In this document: positions 21,663 to 30,523 of the stretch, piece after piece
How the letters are laid out: the number at the start of each line of letters is the position of its first letter
How positions within the stretch are numbered: the stretch's first letter is position 1
Assembly (NCBI GenBank): GCA_031459915.1
Contig: JAVKHO010000004.1
Span: forward strand, 96,001-160,000
DNA: 64,000 bases
Origin: Candidatus Tepidifontimicrobium thermophilum
Lineage (GTDB): Bacteria; Sysuimicrobiota; Sysuimicrobiia; Sysuimicrobiales; Sysuimicrobiaceae
Reading direction: 5' to 3'
Made by a program: the position numbers and the translations under genes
The notes under the pieces: model-generated
What the model saw: only the letters and a program-made list of their open reading frames with translations
Databases searched by the model: none
What the model was told of the DNA's origin: nothing

Positions 21663-22708
21663 CGTCCGACCTCCCGGATCCGGTCGCGATACACCTGCAG
21701 CTCCGCTTCGCTGGCGAGCCCGCGCTCCAGCCGGCGCCGGGCGAAGGCCAGCTCCGCGAGGGACTGGCGCGCGGCCTTCGGGACCGTACCCCACCGGCCC
21801 CGCGCGGCCGCTTCCGCGTACTCCTCGGGGATGTGGCCTTCCCGCGCCTCCACAGGCAGGTAGCGGGCTAGGACGTTACGTTCGTGGCGCAGAGCCCAGG
21901 CCACGATGACCACCAACGCGGCAACCCCTGCCCAGTCGGCCACCGTCCGCACGGCCGCCAGCAACCCGGAAGGGCCCGTTCCGGACCCGATCAGGGCGGC
22001 GAGGGCGTCGTAGGCGGCGTGGTACAGGGCCGCCACCGCGAACCCGCCCACCGGCAGCCACCACGCCGCCGAGCCCGTCAGCCTGAACTCCCGCACCGCG
22101 CCCAGGGAGGCGCCGAAGAGGGCGCCGAAAGCGCTGTGGGTGAGGCCGGTGAGGAGGATGCCGAAGAACATCCCCGCGCTGATGCCGCCTCCCAGTCCGG
22201 ATTTCGAGAGGTCCCACAGGTACACCGCGGACTCCGCCAGGGCGAACCCCGCCCCGACGATCCCTCCGTATACGACCCCGTCCAGGGTCCCGTCGAACTC
22301 GCGGGGAAGGGACCGGAAGAGGGCCAGGATCACCAGGGCCTTCATGCCCTCCTCCACCACCGCGCCGGCAGGGTTGGGTCCGAAGAGCGCGGCGTTCAGG
22401 GCGTGGAAGCTCGCCGGGTAGACGGACATCCGGATCCCCGTCAGGCGCTCCACGATCACGGTCAGCACGGGCGCCGCCACCGCCCCTCCCAGCAGTGCCG
22501 CAGCCAGCACGCTGGCGGGCTCCTTCTCGTGCCGGTCCGCCCAGTAGAGGACGGCCACGTACAGGGCCGTGAGCACCACCACGATGAGGACGCCCAGCAG
22601 GACCCCGCTCCCCCCGGCTTCGAGCGCGCCGGTGAACTCCGGCGCGGGCGACTTCTCGATGGGGAACGGGAAAAAAGGACGGGGCGGGACGGTAAGAAGC
22701 AACTCCAT
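21659..22708 (-). CDS. PrsW-family glutamic intramembrane protease (copy 1)
   Basis: DRHEKEP, EEGMKA, GAGFALAES, THSAF, YHAAYD; GAGGAGG RBS before ATG 22708. Confidence 0.88.
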   Translation of the reverse strand: MELLLTVPPRPFFPFPIEKSPAPEFTGALEAGGSGVLLGVLIVVVLTALYVAVLYWADRHEKEPASVLAAALLGGAVAAPVLTVIVERLTGIRMSVYPASFHALNAALFGPNPAGAVVEEGMKALVILALFRSLPREFDGTLDGVVYGGIVGAGFALAESAVYLWDLSKSGLGGGISAGMFFGILLTGLTHSAFGALFGASLGAVREFRLTGSAAWWLPVGGFAVAALYHAAYDALAALIGSGTGPSGLLAAVRTVADWAGVAALVVIVAWALRHERNVLARYLPVEAREGHIPEEYAEAAARGRWGTVPKAARQSLAELAFARRRLERGLASEAELQVYRDRIREVGR

Positions 22709-22769
22709 GGCGACCCTCCTCACCTCTGACCGCGTGCGTGTGTGTTCCGCAACACAGCCCCCGCTGGCT

Positions 22770-23147
22770 CTAACGCGCCCCTTCCCCCGGGGGCCTTAAC
22801 CAGGGTCCCTTCCCCTGCAGGAAGGCGTAGGTGTTGACCGCCGCCGCGGCGAACCACGCGAGAAAGCCCAGGAAGTTCCAGCCAAGCCCTCCCAGGGTCA
22901 CCACTCCCGCTAACGTCCGGTTCCCTGTGGCACCCGCGATCAGCATGAACAGCAGGGGCAGGAAGCCGAACACCACCGACAGGCCGACGCCCCAGCCGAG
23001 GGCCCAGGCTGCGTGGCGCCGCACAAGCGGGTGTGGCGGCTTGAGGAAGAACCCCGCGATGGCGATCCACCACAGCCACCACCCCCCGATGGCCACCAGG
23101 CGCTGAACCTGCGTGACCTCCGTACCGTGCTGGCTTTCTAGCGACAT
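22770..23147 (-). CDS. Small membrane protein, DUF4870-like
   Basis: Three hydrophobic segments; LVRRHAAWAL motif; GGAGG RBS; first gene of the PrsW operon. Confidence 0.6.
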   Translation of the reverse strand: MSLESQHGTEVTQVQRLVAIGGWWLWWIAIAGFFLKPPHPLVRRHAAWALGWGVGLSVVFGFLPLLFMLIAGATGNRTLAGVVTLGGLGWNFLGFLAWFAAAAVNTYAFLQGKGPWLRPPGEGAR

Positions 23148-23216
23148 CAGTACCCTCCGGCAACCGGCTCGAAGCCCGGAACGCGGGCCCCCAAGGCCGG
23201 ACGTAACCAGGAGGGA

Positions 23217-23232
23217 CTTAAAACCCGCTTAA
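23217..23232 (-). promoter_or_regulatory. TTAAG-N6-TTAAG direct-repeat box 2
   Basis: Minus strand TTAAGcgggttTTAAG about 70 nt upstream of the PrsW operon; overlaps the regulator's TAA stop. Confidence 0.7.
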
Positions 23233-25949
23233 CGCCGGCGGCGGTCTAGCAGGGCGGGACGGAGATAGTCCTGGACGAGCGCCCGGGTCTCTGGCAGGGG
23301 AGCCACGCCGACCTCCTCCCGAAGGCGCTCCTCGAAGTCCCGATAGAAGCGCAGGACGGCCTGCCGGTGGCCCAGGCTCAGGAGGTGTCGCAGGAGGGCT
23401 TGCAGGGCGGGTTCGTGGGTGGGGTCCAGCTCGAGGACCCGCTCCAAGTAAGCGATGCCCTCCTCCGGAGCCGCGTCGCGGCCCGCCTGGTACAGACAGT
23501 GCACTACCCGCCGTTGCAGGGCGTACCGGACTTCGTCCACCGCCGGGAGGTCCACCCCCGGTGCCAGCGGCTCTCGGTACAGCCTCAGAACGGACTTCGC
23601 GTCCTCCTGCTGCAGGGCCGCTTCCAGATCCCAGAAGTCCACCCGGGTGTTCCGCAGCGCGTTCCCCGCCAAGTACGTGGGGACCCGCCAGGGCTGCAAG
23701 GCCCTGCGGAGGTGGTGCAGCTGCACGTGGAGGTTGTTGCGGGCCTGGTCGGCGTCCGCGTCCGGCCACAGCTGGCCCGCTACTTCCTCCAGCTCCCGAC
23801 CCATGACCAGGAGCACCAGCAGGGCCCGGGCCGTGGGCGACAGCGACAGCTCCTCCCCGACACGTGTCAACCGGAAGCGTCCCAGGATCTCCACCACCAG
23901 AGGCGGGACTTCGTCCAACCTCCGCTCGACCGCCTCTTTCCAACCGGCCCGCAGCACCGCCTCGATGGGGTAGGCGTCTGCCAGCTCAGGGCGGTGCGGG
24001 GGAAGCTCTGAGACCGACAACAGGGCCGGCAGGATCCGGGAGCCCAGGGAAGTCAGCCCGCACAGCGCCTCCAGATCCTCTTCGCGTCTCAGGATCCGGT
24101 AGCGGGCCGCGTGGTAATAGGCACGCTCCTCCCGGTCGTAGGGAGGGGAGGGCAGTGAGGCGACGGCTTCGTCCCCTCTTCCGAGGTGCCAGAGGCTGAG
24201 GGCCAACTCCAGCTGGCTCCAGAAACCCCGCGCGGGCCGGACGACCTGGGCGGCCTCGTCTACACAACCCGTCTCTCGCAGGGTCCGGGCCCAGAGCCCC
24301 CGCACCGCGTCCTCAAGCTCCGGGTTCTCTGACGTTTCGGCAAGGGTGACCAGCCGCTCGAAAGGCTCGCATTTCCGCTCCAGGCAGGCCTGCCAGGCGG
24401 CCGCCAGGGCCTCGGCCCAGAAGTTCCGCCCCGGCTGGGCCTGGGCGGTGCGGAAACAGGTCAGCGCCTCTTCCCGTCGGCCTGCCAGCAGCAGGAGGCG
24501 GCCGGTCTGCAGGAGGGTGAGCGGGAGGTTGTGGGAGCGTTCCCGCTCCTGAGCTTCCGCGGTGCGGCGGTTGTACGCCAGATAGTAGTCCAGGTCGCCC
24601 TGTTGCTGCCAGCGGAGGAACGCCAGGTTGTACCCGATGGGGTGGAACACGTAGGGGTCGTCCGCCGGAAGGAGACTGCGGGCTTCCTCCAGGACCGCCT
24701 GGAACCGCTCCAGCTGGCGGGCCTTCCACAACGGCCAGCAGGTCCAGTTCAGGAACCGAGCGGCCGAGTGCGGATCCACACGGGGCACGAGCCTGTACCC
24801 CTCGTCCACCGCCCGCAGCGCAAGCTCCAGGTCCACCTCAGGGGCGTTGTAGGCGATCAACCCCCAGGCCCGGATCGCCACCTCCGGGTCCAGGCGGTCC
24901 GCTTCCCGGGCGAGCCGCTCCAGGCGGTGGAATGCCTCCCCGAGCCGACCCGTCAGGCAGAGGGCCATTCCGTAGCCCAGCCTCCGCCAGGGTCCCCCCA
25001 TCCCCGGCAGGGCTCGACACCACCTGACCAGGGAAGACGGGACGGTGGAAGCGAGATCCAGGGCCGCGGGAGATTCCAGGAGCGCCTCCAGTTCCCTCCA
25101 CAGGGCCGCCCGCAGGTAGGCCTCCGCCCGCAGTTCGAGGGGCAGGTCGGCAGCCCGCCGGCGCACCGACTCCTGGATCTCGGTCCACGCGCAGGCGTGC
25201 AGCACCTCGGTAAACAGGGCGTGGAGGCGGAACCCCTGGGCAGTCCGCTGAACGAACCCCGAGGCCTGGAGCCGCCGCAGGGGACCCTCCGCCAGCTCCT
25301 CCGGGAGGGCCGGCACAGCCGACAGAAGCAACAAAACCTCCCACTCCTGCTGCCCTAAAGACTCGCGCACCCCCTGCGCGAGCGCACTCTGCAGGTCCAA
25401 GGTGCCCGTCAGGGCGGCCACGTGGACGGCGATGGGCCAGCCTCCCGTACGCTCCCAGATCTCGTACGCTCTGGCTCCGTCTGCCAACAGCTGCTGGACC
25501 TCCGCCAGACGGAAGCGGAGGTCGTCTGCGGTCAGGTGAACCAGCCGCCCCGCGGTCCTCGCGCGGGGGAGCTCCGGCCACCTGAGCTCACCGCGGCTGG
25601 CCAGGCCCAGCAGTAGGTTTTCCGAGGGGAGCCGGAGGGAAAGGAGGGTATCCGGGGTCAGGTCGTCCAGCACCAGCACCGTGGGGCTTTCCGTCAGCAC
25701 GCACTGCAACAGCGCCCACGAGGGGAGCCCCGGAAGGCCCAACATCCGTCCCAGCTGTTCGAGGAGGGATCCGGTCGCGGCGTCGGCCCACAACACCCGC
25801 CACCCGTGGGCGCGAAGCCTGTCCGTCCACTGCTGGAGCAGGACGGTCTTGCCGTAGCCGTAGGGGGCCTGCAGCCACACCACATACCCGCCCCGCGTCG
25901 GGAGGGCTTCCAGCAGGCGCGGCCGCAAGACCCAGGTTGCGTGCTCCAT
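23229..25949 (-). CDS. Large ATP-dependent transcriptional regulator: MalT-like NTPase, helical/TPR region, SARP-type winged helix plus BTAD
   Basis: RPRLL...APYGYGKT, VLVLDD, DLRF, TGGWP; C-terminal LGRFRL...LWPD...NNLHVQLHHLRRAL...LELDPTHE...GVAPLPET. Confidence 0.85.
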   Translation of the reverse strand: MEHATWVLRPRLLEALPTRGGYVVWLQAPYGYGKTVLLQQWTDRLRAHGWRVLWADAATGSLLEQLGRMLGLPGLPSWALLQCVLTESPTVLVLDDLTPDTLLSLRLPSENLLLGLASRGELRWPELPRARTAGRLVHLTADDLRFRLAEVQQLLADGARAYEIWERTGGWPIAVHVAALTGTLDLQSALAQGVRESLGQQEWEVLLLLSAVPALPEELAEGPLRRLQASGFVQRTAQGFRLHALFTEVLHACAWTEIQESVRRRAADLPLELRAEAYLRAALWRELEALLESPAALDLASTVPSSLVRWCRALPGMGGPWRRLGYGMALCLTGRLGEAFHRLERLAREADRLDPEVAIRAWGLIAYNAPEVDLELALRAVDEGYRLVPRVDPHSAARFLNWTCWPLWKARQLERFQAVLEEARSLLPADDPYVFHPIGYNLAFLRWQQQGDLDYYLAYNRRTAEAQERERSHNLPLTLLQTGRLLLLAGRREEALTCFRTAQAQPGRNFWAEALAAAWQACLERKCEPFERLVTLAETSENPELEDAVRGLWARTLRETGCVDEAAQVVRPARGFWSQLELALSLWHLGRGDEAVASLPSPPYDREERAYYHAARYRILRREEDLEALCGLTSLGSRILPALLSVSELPPHRPELADAYPIEAVLRAGWKEAVERRLDEVPPLVVEILGRFRLTRVGEELSLSPTARALLVLLVMGRELEEVAGQLWPDADADQARNNLHVQLHHLRRALQPWRVPTYLAGNALRNTRVDFWDLEAALQQEDAKSVLRLYREPLAPGVDLPAVDEVRYALQRRVVHCLYQAGRDAAPEEGIAYLERVLELDPTHEPALQALLRHLLSLGHRQAVLRFYRDFEERLREEVGVAPLPETRALVQDYLRPALLDRRRR

Positions 25950-25992
25950 AAGGTGCAGCGTCTATCCTCGCGCCGCCGCTCGTTTCGCGCGT

Positions 25993-26008
25993 TTAATGCG
26001 ATTTTAAG
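25993..26008 (+). promoter_or_regulatory. TTAA-N7-TTAAG direct-repeat box 3 in the divergent promoter region
   Basis: TTAATgcgattTTAAG between the regulator (25949, -) and the PrsW-like gene (26047, +). Confidence 0.65.
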
Positions 26009-26046
26009 CCGGCCTGTCACCACTGTGGAACCGGAGGGCAACAGGA

Positions 26047-26970
26047 TTGCCAGCTCCCGCATGGATCCTCAACCTGTGCGTCCTGGTGTACGCTTTCCTG
26101 TTGTGGTGGCCGGTGCGCCACGAACACCGGTTGCCTGCCCTTTGGGCCCTCCTGGCGGCCGGCGGCGCGGTGGGCGCCATTCAGCGAGCCCTCCTGGGGA
26201 TCCTGTTCCCTGAGTCCGCCGGGTCCTGGCCTCCGTTTGCCGCCGCGTGGGTGGGGGCACCGGTGGCTGCCTGGCGCGGGGGCGTGGAAGAGCTGTCCAA
26301 AGCCGTGGTGGTTCTCGCGATCCGGGCACGGGCCGGCCGGTGGTTCGAGGACGCGCTCCACGGGGTGGTGGCAGGGAGCCTCGTGGGGCTCGGATACGCG
26401 CTAGCCGGCGTGGGACTGGCAGCGTTCAGGGACGCGATGCTGCCGGACGACCCCGGGAGGCTGGTGCACCTGCTCGGAGGTTGCCTGGCGCAGGGAGTCT
26501 ACCCTGCCCTGCTGGGCGCCGCACTGGGATGGACTCCGGCCGACCGCGGCAAGCGGGCGCGTGTCCTCCGGGCGCTGGGCGGAGTCCTGGGCGCGGCGGC
26601 GGGCCACGCTCTGTACCTGGGGTTGGCCCAGGCCTTCCGGCCTGGGCAGGAGCCCTCGGGGATGGCGGTCGCCGGCCTTCTGGCCTTGGAGTGGGGCGGG
26701 GCCGCGGTGCTTGTGGTTGTGTGGGTCTGGGGTGCACGCCGACAGCGGGCGCTGCTGGCCAGCTATCTATGGGGAGAGGTCGCCCTGGGGACCCTCACTG
26801 ACGACGAGTTCCATGCGGTGATCCGCGATGGGAGCCGGCTTGGGGGACCCCTGAGGTCGGCGCTCGTGCAGCTCGCCCTCGCCAAGCGAAGGCTCGTGCG
26901 GGGGGAGGGCCGAGAAGAGGAGGTCCAGGCTTGGCGGGATCGCGTGGCGGCGTTGCGGCGCAGGCGTTGA
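26047..26970 (+). CDS. Degenerate PrsW-like membrane protein (copy 5)
   Basis: EELSKA, HGVVAGSLVGLGYA and the shared C-terminal tail are present; FxxxE glutamate and first His motif are absent. Confidence 0.75.
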   Translation: MPAPAWILNLCVLVYAFLLWWPVRHEHRLPALWALLAAGGAVGAIQRALLGILFPESAGSWPPFAAAWVGAPVAAWRGGVEELSKAVVVLAIRARAGRWFEDALHGVVAGSLVGLGYALAGVGLAAFRDAMLPDDPGRLVHLLGGCLAQGVYPALLGAALGWTPADRGKRARVLRALGGVLGAAAGHALYLGLAQAFRPGQEPSGMAVAGLLALEWGGAAVLVVVWVWGARRQRALLASYLWGEVALGTLTDDEFHAVIRDGSRLGGPLRSALVQLALAKRRLVRGEGREEEVQAWRDRVAALRRRR

Positions 26971-28805
26971 GAGCCCTCCGGAGGGTCAGCGCACGCGGGG
27001 TGCAGGCGCTGGACGCCGTGGGCCAGCACCTCGGGGTGCCCGTCAAGTGGAAAGACCTCCGGCAGGCGGCAGAAGGCCTCCTGGGCCTTCTTCGGCTGGG
27101 TCCCTGGGGCGCCCTGGCCCTGGCCCTTTTCCTGGCGACCCTGGCCGGGTTCGCGGCGGTGCTACGGGAGCCTCCCGCGCAGCGGGCTCAGCCGCTGGGG
27201 ACGCCCGCCGGCCTCGCGTTGCTCGGCTGCATCGCCGCTGTCTCGTTCTCTCTTCTCCTGTCCGGGATCCGCTCCGCCCATCCCTCGGTCCGCTTCGTGG
27301 CCGGACTGTACGGCCTCTGGTATCTCCTCCTGCCCCCGGTGCTGGCTCTCCCTCGGTGGGTGGCGCTCCTGCCCGCCTGGGCTCTGTACGCGGTCGAAGC
27401 AGCCCGCCTGGCGGCCGACCGGAAAACACCCCTCTGGCTGATCCCCTGGGCTCTGCTGCTGGGACGTCTCAGCCCACCGCTGACGCGGCAGGTGTGGGCT
27501 TCCGTGACGGCCTGGGCCCTTCTGTACTTGGCGGTCGGCACCATTCTCTTCCGGACGGTACGTCGCCCTCCTCCGGAGCGTACGGTGCTGTTCTGGAGCA
27601 TGGCGGGAGTCTACGCCTGGGGTATTCTCCAGAGCCCCGGTCGGTTCGGCGAAGCCCTGCACATGGGCTACTCGGCCCTGTTCACCTTCCTCGGGCTGTT
27701 CTGGATGTGGCTGGCCGCGGACCTGGTGGACGACGCCTCGGAGCTCGCCGAGCGGGCGGTGGGCCGGCTGCGGAGGCTGCTGGGAGGCCGGTGGGGACGC
27801 TACGGGGTCAGCGGGGCTCTGGCGCTTGTGGGAGGCACATCCCTGTTGGCGGCCCTGCTGCCGCGGGTCGTACTGGAGGCCCTGCCGCTACCCGTCCTCC
27901 GGCTGGTGGCGAGGTTCCTCCAGAGCGCCTGGACGGACGGGCTGGCGGTGTGCGGTGCTTTGATGGTGTTCACGGGGGCCGCGACATGGCTGCGGGGGAC
28001 CCGGGATCCCGCGGACGCAGCCGCGGACGGCCTGGCCTCCGGAGTCGTCCTCGTTCTCGTCTACTGGGCCGGGACACAGGCGTGGGCCGGGCTGTCGGAA
28101 GTGGAGGAGCCGTCGGGCTGGTGGCCGCTCGTGCTGGCGTCGGCGCCCGTGCTGCTGGAGGAGTTCAAACAGACGGCCAAGGGGGTGAGGGAAGGCCCTG
28201 CGGCTGCAGCCCTGATGGTGGTGGCGGTGGCCCTCCTGGGGATCGCTGCCACCGCGTTCCAGTTCGTCTCGGACCCGCGCGAGGCTGTGCGGGACACCAC
28301 CCTCTACCCCTTTCTCGGAATGGTGCTGTGGGGGCTTCCACACCTCCTGGTCAGGCTGGTGGCTGGGTGGAACGCGCAGGTCCAGTCGGTTCGCCTGTTC
28401 CTGGTGGGCTACTCCTCGGCCCTGCCGGCGGCCCTCGTCTTCCCGGACCTCCGGAGCGGAGCACCGGCGCTGGCGGTGCTCCTGTGGCCGCTGGCCCTGC
28501 GCGTCAGTGGCCGGCCACGGGGTGACTCCCTCGGCCTGCGCGCGGCTTCCGGGATCTTGCTGGCGAGCGGGACGCTGGCGTTTTTCTACGAGCCCCTGCC
28601 CGTGCCGGTACCCTTCGCTCCTTGGACCGATGCGCTCATCCGGAGGCTTGGGGCAGTGCAGGCTACCGAGTGGCTGAGCTGGGCCCAGCTGGTGGCCTGG
28701 TTGGGAGCCGCCCTGGCCGGAGCGGCCTTCGCGGTCCTCGGCCGCGCGGGCTGGGCCGGTGCGGCGCTGCTGTGGGCCCTGTGGAACCGGCTCTTTCTCC
28801 GCTGA
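26967..28805 (+). CDS. Large polytopic membrane protein of unknown function
   Basis: Long, almost wholly hydrophobic ORF; TTGA overlap with the upstream stop; start uncertain. Confidence 0.7.
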   Translation: MRALRRVSARGVQALDAVGQHLGVPVKWKDLRQAAEGLLGLLRLGPWGALALALFLATLAGFAAVLREPPAQRAQPLGTPAGLALLGCIAAVSFSLLLSGIRSAHPSVRFVAGLYGLWYLLLPPVLALPRWVALLPAWALYAVEAARLAADRKTPLWLIPWALLLGRLSPPLTRQVWASVTAWALLYLAVGTILFRTVRRPPPERTVLFWSMAGVYAWGILQSPGRFGEALHMGYSALFTFLGLFWMWLAADLVDDASELAERAVGRLRRLLGGRWGRYGVSGALALVGGTSLLAALLPRVVLEALPLPVLRLVARFLQSAWTDGLAVCGALMVFTGAATWLRGTRDPADAAADGLASGVVLVLVYWAGTQAWAGLSEVEEPSGWWPLVLASAPVLLEEFKQTAKGVREGPAAAALMVVAVALLGIAATAFQFVSDPREAVRDTTLYPFLGMVLWGLPHLLVRLVAGWNAQVQSVRLFLVGYSSALPAALVFPDLRSGAPALAVLLWPLALRVSGRPRGDSLGLRAASGILLASGTLAFFYEPLPVPVPFAPWTDALIRRLGAVQATEWLSWAQLVAWLGAALAGAAFAVLGRAGWAGAALLWALWNRLFLR

Positions 28806-28810
28806 CGGGT

Positions 28811-30397
28811 CTACCTCCTTACGAGCCTGCGGACCAGCTGCGCGGCCCGTCTTCCCGTCTGTGCGGCTCCGTTCATGTAGCCCTGGTAGTCGAGGCTGGT
28901 GTGCTCGCCCGCGAACAGGAGCCTGCCCACGGGCTCGAACTCTGCACCCGCGATGGTGGTGTACTGCCCCACCTTCCAGCACGCGTAACTGCCCCGCACG
29001 AAGGGGTCCGAGGGCCAGTGCCACCGCGCGACCCGGCCGGTGTAGGCCCCGCGAACTCCCGGGAAGACCCGCTCCAGGTCCGGGAGCACCCTCTGCGCCT
29101 GCTCGCGCGCCAGCCCCTCGCCCACATCCACGCCCGCCCGGCCGCCGAGGAACACGGTGTACGTGCCCGCCGTCCCCGGCCTTCCCCGGCTGCTGTCCCA
29201 CCCGGTCTGGAGCGGGAGGTCGGTGAACAGCTCGCCTGACGAATCTGCCTTGCGCCACGCCCGCTCCCGGAACCCGAGGATCAGTTTGCTGTTCGTGCCG
29301 TACCCCAGCTCCTGGATGGCGCGCCGCTTGACCGGCGGGAGGTCAACCTGCAGTTCCACCTCCCGCAGGAGGGTGAAGGGGACGGTGAGGATCACGAAGT
29401 CCGCGTCCGCCTCCACCACCCCCGCTCCCCGCCGCTCGAAAACCAGACGGTAACCGCCGCCCCGCGGCCGGACCGCCACCAGACGGTGACCCAGGTGCAG
29501 GGAGGATTGCAGGAGAAGGGCCAGCCGGTCGCAGACCTGCTGGTTCCCACCCCGCACGCTGTAGCGCTCGTCGCTGTCCCCGTAGACCTCAAACGTGGTG
29601 CTCGGCTCCGTGCCGATCAGGAGGACGAGGTTGAGAGCGGACTGTTCGCCCGCGTCCAGCCCGTACTCCGCGACGTACGCGACTTCCAGCAGCTCCTTCA
29701 CCCATCCGGAAGCTCCCACGCGGTCCAGGTACTCGGACACGGACATGCGATCCAGCTCCCGGGCCCGCGGGGTGTGCCGGCGGTAGGTGACGACGTCGCC
29801 CAAGGCGTCCTGGTCCTGCCGGATCCGTCGGGCGAGGGGCTGAAAGTTGCGCACGACCTCCGACTCGGAGATCCGACGGCCGTCGAAGTAGAAGGTGGGA
29901 CGCAGCCTGGCTTCCGAACCGTGCTGGAGGTCGATCAGCTCCAGACCCAGGGAGCGTACCAGACGGTGCATGTCCTCGTGGCCTGTGTCGATGAACTCCC
30001 CGCCGAATTCGGTCACCAGGCCCGGGACCACGGCTCCCGCCACGGAGAACATGCGGCCCCCTGTGCGGGTGCTGGCCTCGTAGATCCGGGGCCGGATCCC
30101 GGCTTGGCGCAGGGAGTAGCCGGCGACCAGTCCGGCGATCCCGGCGCCCACGATGACCACCCGCGGTGCCTGGGGTCCTGCTAGGGCTTCTGTAGGGCGC
30201 AGCAGCTCCGCAACAGCTGCCAGGGCCGCCCCACCCGCAGCCCGTAGGAACTCCCTGCGCCTGACCCGCCGCTCCCAGGTGGACTCCACCAGCTCCTCCA
30301 CACCTGGAGCTCCAGGCTGGTTCGCGAGGTCCGCAAGCCGCAGCCAGTGCCGTACCCAGGAGAACGTGACTGTCCGGGCACCGCCCTTTCCACGCAT
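28811..30397 (-). CDS. Flavin monoamine oxidase-family protein with Tat-like motif
   Basis: RRREFLRAAGG; IVGAGIAGL...EA..RTGGR; FAGEHTS..QGYMNGA; RBS before ATG 30397. Confidence 0.88.
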   Translation of the reverse strand: MRGKGGARTVTFSWVRHWLRLADLANQPGAPGVEELVESTWERRVRRREFLRAAGGAALAAVAELLRPTEALAGPQAPRVVIVGAGIAGLVAGYSLRQAGIRPRIYEASTRTGGRMFSVAGAVVPGLVTEFGGEFIDTGHEDMHRLVRSLGLELIDLQHGSEARLRPTFYFDGRRISESEVVRNFQPLARRIRQDQDALGDVVTYRRHTPRARELDRMSVSEYLDRVGASGWVKELLEVAYVAEYGLDAGEQSALNLVLLIGTEPSTTFEVYGDSDERYSVRGGNQQVCDRLALLLQSSLHLGHRLVAVRPRGGGYRLVFERRGAGVVEADADFVILTVPFTLLREVELQVDLPPVKRRAIQELGYGTNSKLILGFRERAWRKADSSGELFTDLPLQTGWDSSRGRPGTAGTYTVFLGGRAGVDVGEGLAREQAQRVLPDLERVFPGVRGAYTGRVARWHWPSDPFVRGSYACWKVGQYTTIAGAEFEPVGRLLFAGEHTSLDYQGYMNGAAQTGRRAAQLVRRLVRR

Positions 30398-30473
30398 GGT
30401 CCCCTCCCTGTAAAGAAGGTGGGATCGCCCGCCCGTGCGAAGCAGGGTCGGCTCCAAGTCAACACGGAATCGC

Positions 30474-30489
30474 CTTAACGGGAGCTTAA
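30474..30489 (-). promoter_or_regulatory. TTAAG-N6-TTAAG direct-repeat box 4
   Basis: Minus strand TTAAGctcccgTTAAG upstream of the amine oxidase gene. Confidence 0.7.
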
Positions 30490-30523
30490 CGCCGGGGTGG
30501 GGACGTCTCGCCTCCGCGGCCTC

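Noticed and set aside
16571..22540. Recurrent DNA repeat CTCCTTCTCGTGCCGGTCC as a CRISPR-like or recombination repeat
   Set aside because: It encodes the conserved DRHEKEP motif of the PrsW paralogues; spacing follows the genes
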